Of a stretch of 64,000 bases of DNA, positions 1 through 7,806 are shown in pieces. The position numbers and the translations under genes are program-made. Within the stretch, counting starts at the first letter, position 1. Each line of letters begins with the position of its first letter. Source of the DNA: Candidatus Poribacteria bacterium. Lineage in GTDB: Bacteria > Poribacteria > WGA-4E > WGA-3G. Location: positions 3,488,001 to 3,552,000 of the forward strand of contig CAXXLX010000001.1 in assembly GCA_963665235.2 (NCBI GenBank). Direction: 5' to 3'. The notes under the pieces are model-generated. The model saw nothing but the letters and a program-made list of their open reading frames with translations. It was not told the origin of the DNA and ran no database searches.

Positions 1-1
1 C

Positions 2-115
2 ATTGAGTGGGCTGAACGGATGAAAGACGCACTGCCTAAGACATCTATCAATATTCACATAACATGGGAAGACGAAAATATCAGGACTTTTCGCGTCCAC
101 CGGAAACAGACGTGA
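2..115 (+). CDS. tsaE: 3' end of tRNA threonylcarbamoyladenosine biosynthesis ATPase TsaE (partial)
   Basis: Manual translation of frame 2 gives IEWAERMKDALPKTSINIHITWEDENIRTF..., the IEW-x-ER...LP C-terminal signature of TsaE/YjeE; stop at 113-115. Confidence 0.75.
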   Translation: MEWAERMKDALPKTSINIHITWEDENIRTFRVHRKQT

Positions 116-155
116 AAAGGCAGCGATTTGTGTACAAGCAATTTTTGGTGACGTT

Positions 156-1187
156 ATGAACGACGGAGAAAAAGGCAAATTGGTGAGCCCTCCGCAGGGC
201 ATGCAGGTAGGTCAAGGGGCTGCGAATCAGGCATCTCAACTGTTTGGAGAGGGTATCGGCAACACCCGTGAATGGGTAGAAATTCACCGCACCGCGGATG
301 ACTGGGAGGTGAAACTTGTTCAGGCTACGTTGGGCGCGCAGCAGATTAGGTGTCGTCCGGTGCAGCTAAAAAAGGAACGTCAAACCGCACTTTTAGTGGC
401 ACCTGAACATGAGGTCGCTGCTCTGGAATTGGTGAGCCGCATCGACGTTGCTATTGCGGATAATGAGATGACGGCACAATTTGAGGAGGAGGCGGAAGCA
501 CTTAAACAACGCGACCTCGCTGCTGTTGACGCAGCTGATAACCAACAAGCTGTGGATACAGATTCAGGAGAGATGATGCTTGTGGAACAGGAGGATATTG
601 GTAGCGTTGTCTATGTTGCCGGACAGGGATACGAACTTCGCGTCGGGCCGGAACCCTACATCACCGTGGCGGAGAGCGACTGGGAGGAATTCACAGATTT
701 TAGCGCACAACGGCAGGAGTTTTTTATCCTGCTCCGACATGAATACCCGACGCTTTTCGAGTGGCTCCAGCAGGAAAAACTTGTCGCAAAATTCATCCGG
801 CTCATTGAGATGACGTATCAGGATGGGGCTCCTACACCCCCCCGCTCCTACAGTGACGTGTCCGATGCTGAAGAATTGCCGGCAATCCCTTACAACCTGT
901 TTGCACAATTGAGTTTGGCTATTGCGGTTGTTTCGTTTATCGTTGTGCTTTTTCAGGTGTCGTGGTATGTAAATCTTGTGTTGGCTGGGGGTGCTGTGGT
1001 CTTGGCGATTGTTGCCAAATATCAAATCGATGCAAGTGAGGAGGAATCTACCGGGATTCCGATGGCACTGTGCGCGATTGTGTTTGCATGTTTGGTGGTT
1101 GTGTTTGCGTGGTGGCTTGCGCAGCGTCCCCCGCCTGTGGAGGAGCCCCAGAAACCGCCTGTAGGCGAGATGGTTAGGAATCGGTGA
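156..1187 (+). CDS. hypothetical membrane protein (three C-terminal TM helices)
   Basis: 343-aa ORF with an acidic soluble N-terminal part and hydrophobic segments at the C-terminus. Confidence 0.75.
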   Translation: MNDGEKGKLVSPPQGMQVGQGAANQASQLFGEGIGNTREWVEIHRTADDWEVKLVQATLGAQQIRCRPVQLKKERQTALLVAPEHEVAALELVSRIDVAIADNEMTAQFEEEAEALKQRDLAAVDAADNQQAVDTDSGEMMLVEQEDIGSVVYVAGQGYELRVGPEPYITVAESDWEEFTDFSAQRQEFFILLRHEYPTLFEWLQQEKLVAKFIRLIEMTYQDGAPTPPRSYSDVSDAEELPAIPYNLFAQLSLAIAVVSFIVVLFQVSWYVNLVLAGGAVVLAIVAKYQIDASEEESTGIPMALCAIVFACLVVVFAWWLAQRPPPVEEPQKPPVGEMVRNR

Positions 1188-1205
1188 AGGAGCACAACGA
1201 GAAAT

Positions 1206-1410
1206 GTCAATAACCCCCCGCTAAAGCATGGGGGCTTGTGCGAACCGCCTGCCAAGCGGTCACTCCACAAGTTAAACCGTTGACTACAGTAATATATCGG
1301 GTATTCTTAGCGTGGCAGCTAACAAGATGTTTCAGATGCTCCCCAAGTCTGAATCCCCTCTGAATACCTGATCTGGATGGGGAAACATATACCCGAAAGG
1401 AGAAAACAAA
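1206..1410 (+). ncRNA. omegaRNA scaffold (guide read from the left flank, about 1186-1205)
   Basis: ~200-nt structured non-coding region starting GTCAA, with a complementary TTGAC downstream, directly upstream of isrB and conserved in copy 2. Confidence 0.8.
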
Positions 1411-1413
1411 CTT

Positions 1414-2472
1414 ATGTTTGTGCCAGTCAAAACGAAAGAGGGTGAACGATTGAGGTTTCCGATGCATGCTGCACGTGCAAGGAAACTTGTCAAACGCGGT
1501 GAAGCAACGCCTTATTGGAACAACGGTGTCTATTGTGTCCGTCTCAACAAAGAACCGAGTGACCGTGAGAAACAAGACATCGTAGTCGGTGTGGATCCTG
1601 GCTCTAAGAAAGAGGGTTTCACCGTAAAATCTAAGCGTCACACGTATCTGAACGTGCAGGTTTCCGATGCACATAGCAAAGTCGGCAAGAAGGTTGAGAA
1701 AAGACGTGAGTTGAGGCGTAGCCGCAGAGCGCGTAAATGTCCAAATCGGAAGAACCGCAAGAATAAAGGTGCTAACAAAAAGAAGATTCCCGCAGGCACG
1801 CGTGCCCGTTGGGATTGGAAACTGCGGATATTAGATTGGTTGTCTAACCTCTATCCTGTTACACACGTCTGTGTTGAGGATATTAAGGCGCGGACAAAAC
1901 AGTATCAAAAGCGGTGGAATCAGGCCTTTAGTCCTTTGGAAGTCGGAAAGCATTGGTTCTATTCAGAGGTAGAAAAGCGATGGGAACTCCTAACATTACA
2001 AGGGTTTGAAACCAAAGAGATACGCGAGCGTCTTGGTCTCAACAAGTCGTCAAAGAAGTTAGCTGAAACCTTTGAGGCACATTGCGTTGATAGCTGGTGC
2101 TTGGCATATCACACCATTGGCGGTTTAGAGATACCCGACAATACCGATATATTCTGTATCTCACCAATACCGATACGCAGGCGACAACTCCACAGACAAA
2201 ATCCGCAGAAAGGTGGCAATCGGCCGCGATATGGTGGCACCTTATTAGGCGATGGACTTGTTAAAAGCACATTGATAAAGCACGACAAATATGGACTCAC
2301 ACGTCCGAGGTCCCACCGAGGACATCCTATTGCGGGTGTTAATGCGAAAGGCCTATTCTCTGTCTATTCAAAAGATGGACAACGGTTAACAACGGGTGCG
2401 AAACGCACAGATTTTCAAGTGCTAACACGCTTGAACTTTCAATATAGGAGCGGTGTTTCCTCCCCCGCATAA
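1414..2472 (+). CDS. isrB: IsrB RNA-guided nickase (RRXRR/PLMP N-terminus, split RuvC, no HNH)
   Basis: 352 aa; RuvC-I VGVDPG, Arg-rich bridge helix RRELRRSRRARK, RuvC-II VEDI, RuvC-III HCVDS; no HNH or CxxC motifs. Confidence 0.85.
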   Translation: MFVPVKTKEGERLRFPMHAARARKLVKRGEATPYWNNGVYCVRLNKEPSDREKQDIVVGVDPGSKKEGFTVKSKRHTYLNVQVSDAHSKVGKKVEKRRELRRSRRARKCPNRKNRKNKGANKKKIPAGTRARWDWKLRILDWLSNLYPVTHVCVEDIKARTKQYQKRWNQAFSPLEVGKHWFYSEVEKRWELLTLQGFETKEIRERLGLNKSSKKLAETFEAHCVDSWCLAYHTIGGLEIPDNTDIFCISPIPIRRRQLHRQNPQKGGNRPRYGGTLLGDGLVKSTLIKHDKYGLTRPRSHRGHPIAGVNAKGLFSVYSKDGQRLTTGAKRTDFQVLTRLNFQYRSGVSSPA

Positions 2473-2598
2473 ATGCTGGGGGTCTCCACACCGAATATTT
2501 TGATGATAGAGGGAAGGATGGATTTGGCGTGTGTTGTCTGAATCGCGGATTACACAGAGGACACGAAGAACGCGGAAAAAGAGGGGTTTGGGTAAAAT

Positions 2599-2675
2599 CT
2601 ATAAACATATCGCCCCGCTGGGGCTATTTTGTGTTTTGTTTGCGTTTTCTATAAACATTCCGCCCCGCTGGGGCT
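2599..2675. repeat. two copies of dispersed palindromic repeat CTATAAACATwyCGCCCCGCTGGGGCT
   Basis: Copies at 2599 and 2649; others at 23811, 57359 and 57409, and a divergent inverted copy near 53454. Confidence 0.85.
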
Positions 2676-2710
2676 GCGCTTTGGCACATCCTACGGTTAT
2701 TTTCCTAAGC

Positions 2711-2824
2711 TAGGACGGACGCGGCACGTTGATAAACCCTTACGATAATGGGATTTAGAGGGGACTTAGCGGGCGAGGGGACCTCGCCCCTACGGGGGTA
2801 TCGCCTAAATTTGCGTAAGTCCTG
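2711..2824. mobile_element. MITE, CAGGACTTACGCA-TIR family (degenerate left end), with internal GTAG REP
   Basis: Homologous to 4610-4724 and 7659-7787; right TIR TGCGTAAGTCCTG intact. Confidence 0.75.
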
Positions 2825-2868
2825 AGCAGGAAAAAACAAGGGCAGCGTATTGAAAAGGACTTTTGCTG

Positions 2869-3555
2869 ATGTCTACATGTCTCACTGTTTTTGCTAAAAA
2901 TCCGATGCCGAACCGGGTTAAGACACGGCTCACGCCGATGCTTTCACCGGAACAGGCGGCGGCACTATACACTGCGTTCCTCACGGATTGGTGCGAAACA
3001 CTTAGGGAACTCCCCGATGTGACCCTGGTCATTGCATATACGCCACTAGATGCACAACCCGATTTACAAGCACTTATCGGAGAGTACGCTGTTTATATTC
3101 CGCAAATGGGGACGGACCTCGGCGCGAGGCTTGTCTCCGCAACGCAGTGGGCAGCTGAATACGGATATGAAAAGATTCTAATAGTCGGTTCCGATAGTCC
3201 AACACTCCCGCTTGCCTACATTTCTCAGGCGATTGCGGGGCTTGACGCTTGCGATGTTGTCATCGGGCCGAGTGTAGATGGGGGATATTATCTTATCGGT
3301 TTTTCTGCAGCAAACCTCACTCGGGTGGTGCCACACATCTTTGAGGATATTGCATGGAGTACGCCGCAGGTTTTTCAACAGACAATTGCGCGTATCGGTT
3401 CGATAGAGGCATCGTTCGGACTTCTACCGCCTTGGTATGACGTAGATACGCCTGAGGATTTGGTGTTTTTACAGGCGCACCTCTCGGCGATGCAGCTTGC
3501 AGGAGATACGGTACAAGCAGTTAGAACAGAAAAATTATTGACAGAATTGCTATAG
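2869..3555 (+). CDS. DUF2064/TIGR04282-family glycosyltransferase-like protein (CofC-like)
   Basis: Motifs FAKxPxPxRVKTRL, QxGxDLGxRL, IVGSDSPTL, GPSxDGGYYLIG, WYDVDTPEDL. Confidence 0.85.
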   Translation: MSTCLTVFAKNPMPNRVKTRLTPMLSPEQAAALYTAFLTDWCETLRELPDVTLVIAYTPLDAQPDLQALIGEYAVYIPQMGTDLGARLVSATQWAAEYGYEKILIVGSDSPTLPLAYISQAIAGLDACDVVIGPSVDGGYYLIGFSAANLTRVVPHIFEDIAWSTPQVFQQTIARIGSIEASFGLLPPWYDVDTPEDLVFLQAHLSAMQLAGDTVQAVRTEKLLTELL

Positions 3556-3567
3556 GGAGAATTCATA

Positions 3568-4299
3568 ATGGCACAATTAGATGGAAAGGTTGCAATTGTA
3601 ACCGGTGGAAACAGAGGTATCGGGAAAGGAATTGCGAAGGGGCTCGCTGCGGAGGGCGCGAGTTTGACTATCGCCGCACGGGATGCCGAACTACTTACGC
3701 AAACGGCTGATGAACTACGCGAAGCAGGCGCGAAAGTGCTCGCGGTGCCAACCGATGTTACGGATGAGGCACAGATTAAAGCCCTCTTCGAAAAGGCGAT
3801 GGCACAATATAAACGTTTGGATATCCTTGTAAACAATGCCGGGGCGTTCGATGGCGGCCCAATAGATGAACTTTCAACGGAGGCGTGGGACAAGGTTATC
3901 AGTGTAAACCTTCGCGCGCCGTTTCTCTGCTCGCGTGAGGCGATGCGGATTATGAAAGCACAAGGGGAAGGCGGACGTATTATCAATATCGGCAGCATCT
4001 CTGCACACCGTGTTCGTCCGAACAGCGCGCCTTACAGCTCAAGTAAATTCGGAATATGGGGATTGACACACGTGACAGCATTGGAGGGGAGACCCCACGG
4101 TATCACGGCGAGCTGTTTGCAGCCCGGCAATACGTATGTTGAACGGATTCAGAACCGTCCACAGCCTCCATCGGAACCGATGATGGATGTGGACGCGCTT
4201 GCACAAGCCGCGGTGCTCATGGCGACCCTTCCGCCTAATATCAATATGTTGGAGGCGACAGTGCTGCCGGTGGAGCAGCTCTATATCGGGCGTGGTTAG
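3568..4299 (+). CDS. SDR-family oxidoreductase
   Basis: TGGNRGIG, LVNNAG and YSSSK motifs. Confidence 0.95.
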   Translation: MAQLDGKVAIVTGGNRGIGKGIAKGLAAEGASLTIAARDAELLTQTADELREAGAKVLAVPTDVTDEAQIKALFEKAMAQYKRLDILVNNAGAFDGGPIDELSTEAWDKVISVNLRAPFLCSREAMRIMKAQGEGGRIINIGSISAHRVRPNSAPYSSSKFGIWGLTHVTALEGRPHGITASCLQPGNTYVERIQNRPQPPSEPMMDVDALAQAAVLMATLPPNINMLEATVLPVEQLYIGRG

Positions 4300-4575
4300 T
4301 CAATCGCGATGCCTATAATCGCAAGCCTAGCATTCCACTGAGGTAGAAGTGCGCCTCTTCGGTATAACGGGGCAGATTTTCCGGGGCTTCCACCTCTAAC
4401 TCTAAGGTTAGGTCGCCTTGGTAGTCTTTTGTCTCTGTAGGCAACTTCCCTTTTAAAAGTTCTATCAGAGGCAGCACCTAAGCAGCACGGTTTATAGCGT
4501 CAAAATCTAAAATAGTGCAGGAAAAACTAATTTTTTTAGAATCTTGCTAATTTTTTTACAATTTTTAGAAAAAAA

Positions 4576-4604
4576 TTGACAAACATGGGATTCTTGTATA
4601 TAAT
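4576..4604 (+). promoter_or_regulatory. consensus sigma70 promoter
   Basis: TTGACA-N17-TATAAT. Confidence 0.75.
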
Positions 4605-4609
4605 CTATT

Positions 4610-4724
4610 CAGGACTTACGCAGCACGTTGCTAAAGTCCATAGATAATGGGATTTAGAGGTTGACTTAGCGGGCTGGGGGACCCAGCCCCTACGAGCTTA
4701 TGTTCTAAATTTGCGTAAGTCCTG
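4610..4724. mobile_element. MITE, CAGGACTTACGCA-TIR family
   Basis: Perfect 13-bp TIR; 5-bp TSD CTATT; internal hairpin GGGCTGGG-GGA-CCCAGCCC followed by CTAC. Confidence 0.9.
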
Positions 4725-4780
4725 CTATTAAGAAAACGATGTCAACGGCTAAACGTTTTGTATTTTGTCTGCGAAGAAAT

Positions 4781-4809
4781 TTGACATTGTTAGTGATTTA
4801 GGTTATAAT
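4781..4809 (+). promoter_or_regulatory. consensus sigma70 promoter
   Basis: TTGACA-N17-TATAAT. Confidence 0.75.
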
Positions 4810-5251
4810 TGTTGTGTAAGTTTGGTGGCACAATTGAAAAACCCATGCCACCTGGGAATTTTATTGGGAGTTAAGTAATGCGGAATCGACATACGAATGC
4901 TACAATTCAGAAAACGAACGCTTCCGGTGTCTGCCTCCTGAGCAGATTTTCCCTGATGCGATACCCGTGGCCCCGCTTACCCTCTCGGTTCACAGCATTC
5001 ACCCCCCCCCCTTCTATATTTCACATTTGTTAATTATTTTATGTCACAAGACAGTGTCGGAGGCTTTAAAAGCTGCACTGTCTGTGTGCCCGCGTGTGCT
5101 TCGTCTCGTACGGAGTGTTTCATCGCGGGCTTTTGTTGTTGCATTGGGTTTTTTCGCCAATGCATGTTATCCCTATGCCGCCCGCGTACACGTAAATCGC
5201 GTGCGACTTGGCACCTGGACTTCACATAAGTCCAATTGATTTAATTTTTGA

Positions 5252-5281
5252 TTGACAATTTTATAAGGAAAATGGTAGACT
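5252..5281 (+). promoter_or_regulatory. sigma70-like promoter with extended -10
   Basis: TTGACA-N18-TAGACT, with TG upstream of the -10. Confidence 0.5.
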
Positions 5282-5524
5282 TTATGCTAATGTTGCATGC
5301 AACGTGCGCTAACTTGCCTCTAGAAAAACATTGCTAAACACTTGGAGGTCTATGCGCGACCCCCGTTGAAACGCTAGAACGAGGTCCGGCGCGACACATA
5401 GAACAGTTCACGGTAGAACGGCCTGAGGCAAAAAAGAAACTTGCATTTTGGAAAGCATCAGCTACATCGGCATAAAAGAGCATTTTCCTCTCAACTTCCC
5501 TATACGGGGAAAGGAGAAGTAAGA

Positions 5525-6148
5525 ATGTTTTTTCAACCAACGCTAAATTCTCATTGGTTTTTCGTCCGAAAGACAAGCCTATATCTTATGATTGTTTTAG
5601 CGGTTGCTATGGTGTTTATCCCACTAGTATACCTACCCGAGGAAGGCGAAGCCGATCCTGTCTCACTAACACTTATAGGCCTTGGAATTACTGCTGCCGG
5701 AGTTCTCGTTACGTTATGGATATATAACGATGGTGTCTGTGACGAATGCAATGATGGTAGGGAATCAGATCATCTTGAGAAATGTGAGAACTGTGGTATA
5801 AAAGCTTATATATGTCCAGGATATCCCCATGGTCACAAGCAGCAGTGTGGATACTGCAAGGATTGGTATTTTTGTTGTGAATATGGCAATAATAATGAAG
5901 AACTCGCTGCTGAACATGGCCTGGAGCGTTGTACAGTACCAAGTTGTGGAAAACGTTATAGAAAATGTACTGAGAAGGATAAACACGGTCCCGGAAAATG
6001 CGATGATGGTGGTGATAATATTATCATGTGGGGTCCTGGTGATCCTGGTAGTGATGATGAGCACCGCTCCAACAACAGCAGCGGTAACAACAGCAGCGGT
6101 AACAACAGCAGCGGTAACAACAGCAGCGGTAACAACAGCAGCGGCTAA
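5525..6148 (+). CDS. Cys/His-rich exported or membrane protein with C-terminal (NNSSG)x5
   Basis: AAGGAG RBS before ATG 5525; two hydrophobic segments; repeated H-x3-CxxC-x3-Y-x2-C modules. Confidence 0.8.
   Translation: MFFQPTLNSHWFFVRKTSLYLMIVLAVAMVFIPLVYLPEEGEADPVSLTLIGLGITAAGVLVTLWIYNDGVCDECNDGRESDHLEKCENCGIKAYICPGYPHGHKQQCGYCKDWYFCCEYGNNNEELAAEHGLERCTVPSCGKRYRKCTEKDKHGPGKCDDGGDNIIMWGPGDPGSDDEHRSNNSSGNNSSGNNSSGNNSSGNNSSG
6071..6145 (+). repeat. 15-nt tandem repeat AACAACAGCAGCGGT x5 (NNSSG)
   Basis: Read directly; ends at the stop codon. Confidence 0.95.
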
Positions 6149-6226
6149 TGCTTAAGAACTCAACTTATTAGGGGGTACTCATCAGAATGCTCCCTCTGCT
6201 TCACTAAAAGCTCGGAGGTAAGAAGC

Positions 6227-6724
6227 ATGAAAAAGCAGCATAATCCTCTCGCAAGGTTTATCCTGGGGCTCGCAGCACTTTGGTGGCAACAAGCGACCCT
6301 TTTAGTCGAAAGAGTAAGAAATCTGCCCCAGAACAGAGAAGCGATGAGACAGGTCGTGAGTATCTGTATTGCGCTAGTAATTGTATTCGGTGGGGGTGCG
6401 TTTGCTATTAATCTATCGCGTTGTCCTAACTGTAAGGTTGGTTTAGGTGGACCGATACATCGCCATCTACACCAAGACATATGTAAGAACTGTGGTGAAT
6501 CCTATTGGGCATGTCCTTCTAAGCCTTTACCTCACTTAAAACGGTGTGAGTACTGCGGAGACTGGTACTATAATTGCCCCGATGGCTCATCACAAGAATC
6601 TGAGCATGGACCTACGATTTGCAAGTCACTTCATGAACGCTTGTCTCCCCCTGCTGGGCATCGTTTTAAGCCCGTTACAGGAGCACTCCCTCTACGCAGC
6701 AACAACAAGAAGGCAAACAGATAA
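6227..6724 (+). CDS. Cys/His-rich exported protein, paralogous module to 5525-6148
   Basis: GGAGG RBS; hydrophobic segment; CxxC-G-x2-YW-x-C and CEYCGDWYYNC modules. Confidence 0.75.
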   Translation: MKKQHNPLARFILGLAALWWQQATLLVERVRNLPQNREAMRQVVSICIALVIVFGGGAFAINLSRCPNCKVGLGGPIHRHLHQDICKNCGESYWACPSKPLPHLKRCEYCGDWYYNCPDGSSQESEHGPTICKSLHERLSPPAGHRFKPVTGALPLRSNNKKANR

Positions 6725-6958
6725 CATATGAGAGCGAAATACTGGCAATATTGCCTAAGTGATGATATGATGAACATCAGTGTTTGAGAACCTCTGTGTG
6801 TAGTGTTTCGCGTTTCATTGATCGTTGGTGATATTATTATTTGGGCGATATCCTCATTTTTTTATCCCACACTCATGGGTCTAATTGGGCTGCGACCGGG
6901 ACTATAACTATCCCGATGATTCATCACAAGAATCACCTCTAGTAAGGAGTCTATAAAT

Positions 6959-7642
6959 ATGTTTACCACAAAAAGAATGATGTTCCTCTGCGGCTTCCTG
7001 GTATTAGTCGGTGGCGTTGCGTTTTATTTATTTCAACAGAATAAGCTATCCCCGGAACCCATCGCGAGTGACACTGTCCTCAAACTCGTACCCAAGCAGG
7101 AAATTCCTGACGAGACACCACGGGTTCAGGCGGGACTTACCGGGAAGCCCCCAGCTGAAGATCCGCATGCAGGACACAACCATCCACCACATGAACATAG
7201 TCACGACAAGCCTGAAGCGGAAATATCATCTGGTGAAACACCGGATGCCGAGGGGGCAGATACCGTAGCACCTACGAATGAAAACGCCGAAGTGCTTTCA
7301 GAGGAGGCGATTCAAAAATGGGTGACAGAGACTATGAAAGCACTAGATGATTTAAATACTCGATTTATGGAAAAATATCCAGAACTTCTTGAAATCTCAC
7401 AAATGACAAAGGAAGATTTTTTTGAAAAGTATCCAACTGTCGAATCCCGACAGGCACTTTTGGAATACGTACAAAGTGTTCAACCTGAAATGTTTGCAGA
7501 ACTTCGCGCGGTTTTTTCAAATCTACCCATTGAGATTGCAGACGATATTCTCTTGGAGGCAAAAGACCATTTTATCCAGATGTGGGGTCCCGAAACTGCT
7601 GACCAAGTAATGGCCAAACTCCGCGCAGAGTTAGGGTTGTAG
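6959..7642 (+). CDS. membrane-anchored hypothetical protein with His-rich linker
   Basis: AAGGAG RBS; N-terminal TM; HAGHNHPPHEHSHD; acidic helical C-terminus. Confidence 0.8.
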   Translation: MFTTKRMMFLCGFLVLVGGVAFYLFQQNKLSPEPIASDTVLKLVPKQEIPDETPRVQAGLTGKPPAEDPHAGHNHPPHEHSHDKPEAEISSGETPDAEGADTVAPTNENAEVLSEEAIQKWVTETMKALDDLNTRFMEKYPELLEISQMTKEDFFEKYPTVESRQALLEYVQSVQPEMFAELRAVFSNLPIEIADDILLEAKDHFIQMWGPETADQVMAKLRAELGL

Positions 7643-7658
7643 GCATTCTTCTATACAT

Positions 7659-7787
7659 CAGGACTTACGCAGCGCGTTGATAAACCCTAATGATAGTGGG
7701 ATCTTAGCGGGCGGGGAGACCCCGCCCAAAGAGCGGGAAACTGTTTGCCCGAATACTGAGGTTTCTGATAAATTTGCGTAAGTCCTG
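7659..7787. mobile_element. MITE, CAGGACTTACGCA-TIR family
   Basis: Perfect TIR; 5-bp TSD TACAT; internal hairpin GGGCGGGG-AGA-CCCCGCCC. Confidence 0.9.
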
Positions 7788-7806
7788 TACATGTTCAAAA
7801 AAGGAA

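Larger units (their letters stand above)
1206..2502 (+). mobile_element. non-autonomous IS200/IS605-superfamily OMEGA element (isrB), copy 1
   Basis: Near-identical to 54271-55561; identity starts exactly at GTCAATAACC and runs through TTTTG-ATGA; related subterminal hairpins CCCCCGCTAAAGCATGGGGG and CCCCCGCATAAATGCTGGGGG; no TIR, TSD or tnpA. Confidence 0.9.

Noticed and set aside
1414-2472. IscB, Cas9 or TnpB call
   Set aside because: No HNH or zinc-finger motifs, ~350 aa, and N-terminal PLMP/RRXRR architecture fit IsrB
3375-3998. 207-aa minus-strand ORF and similar antisense ORFs throughout
   Set aside because: Shadow frames of well-supported genes on the opposite strand
5735-6005. Multiheme cytochrome c
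   Set aside because: CxxC pairs are not followed by His, so there are no CxxCH motifs
7774-7806. TTG start of the OST N-terminal ORF
   Set aside because: Lies within the MITE right TIR; the real start is probably downstream
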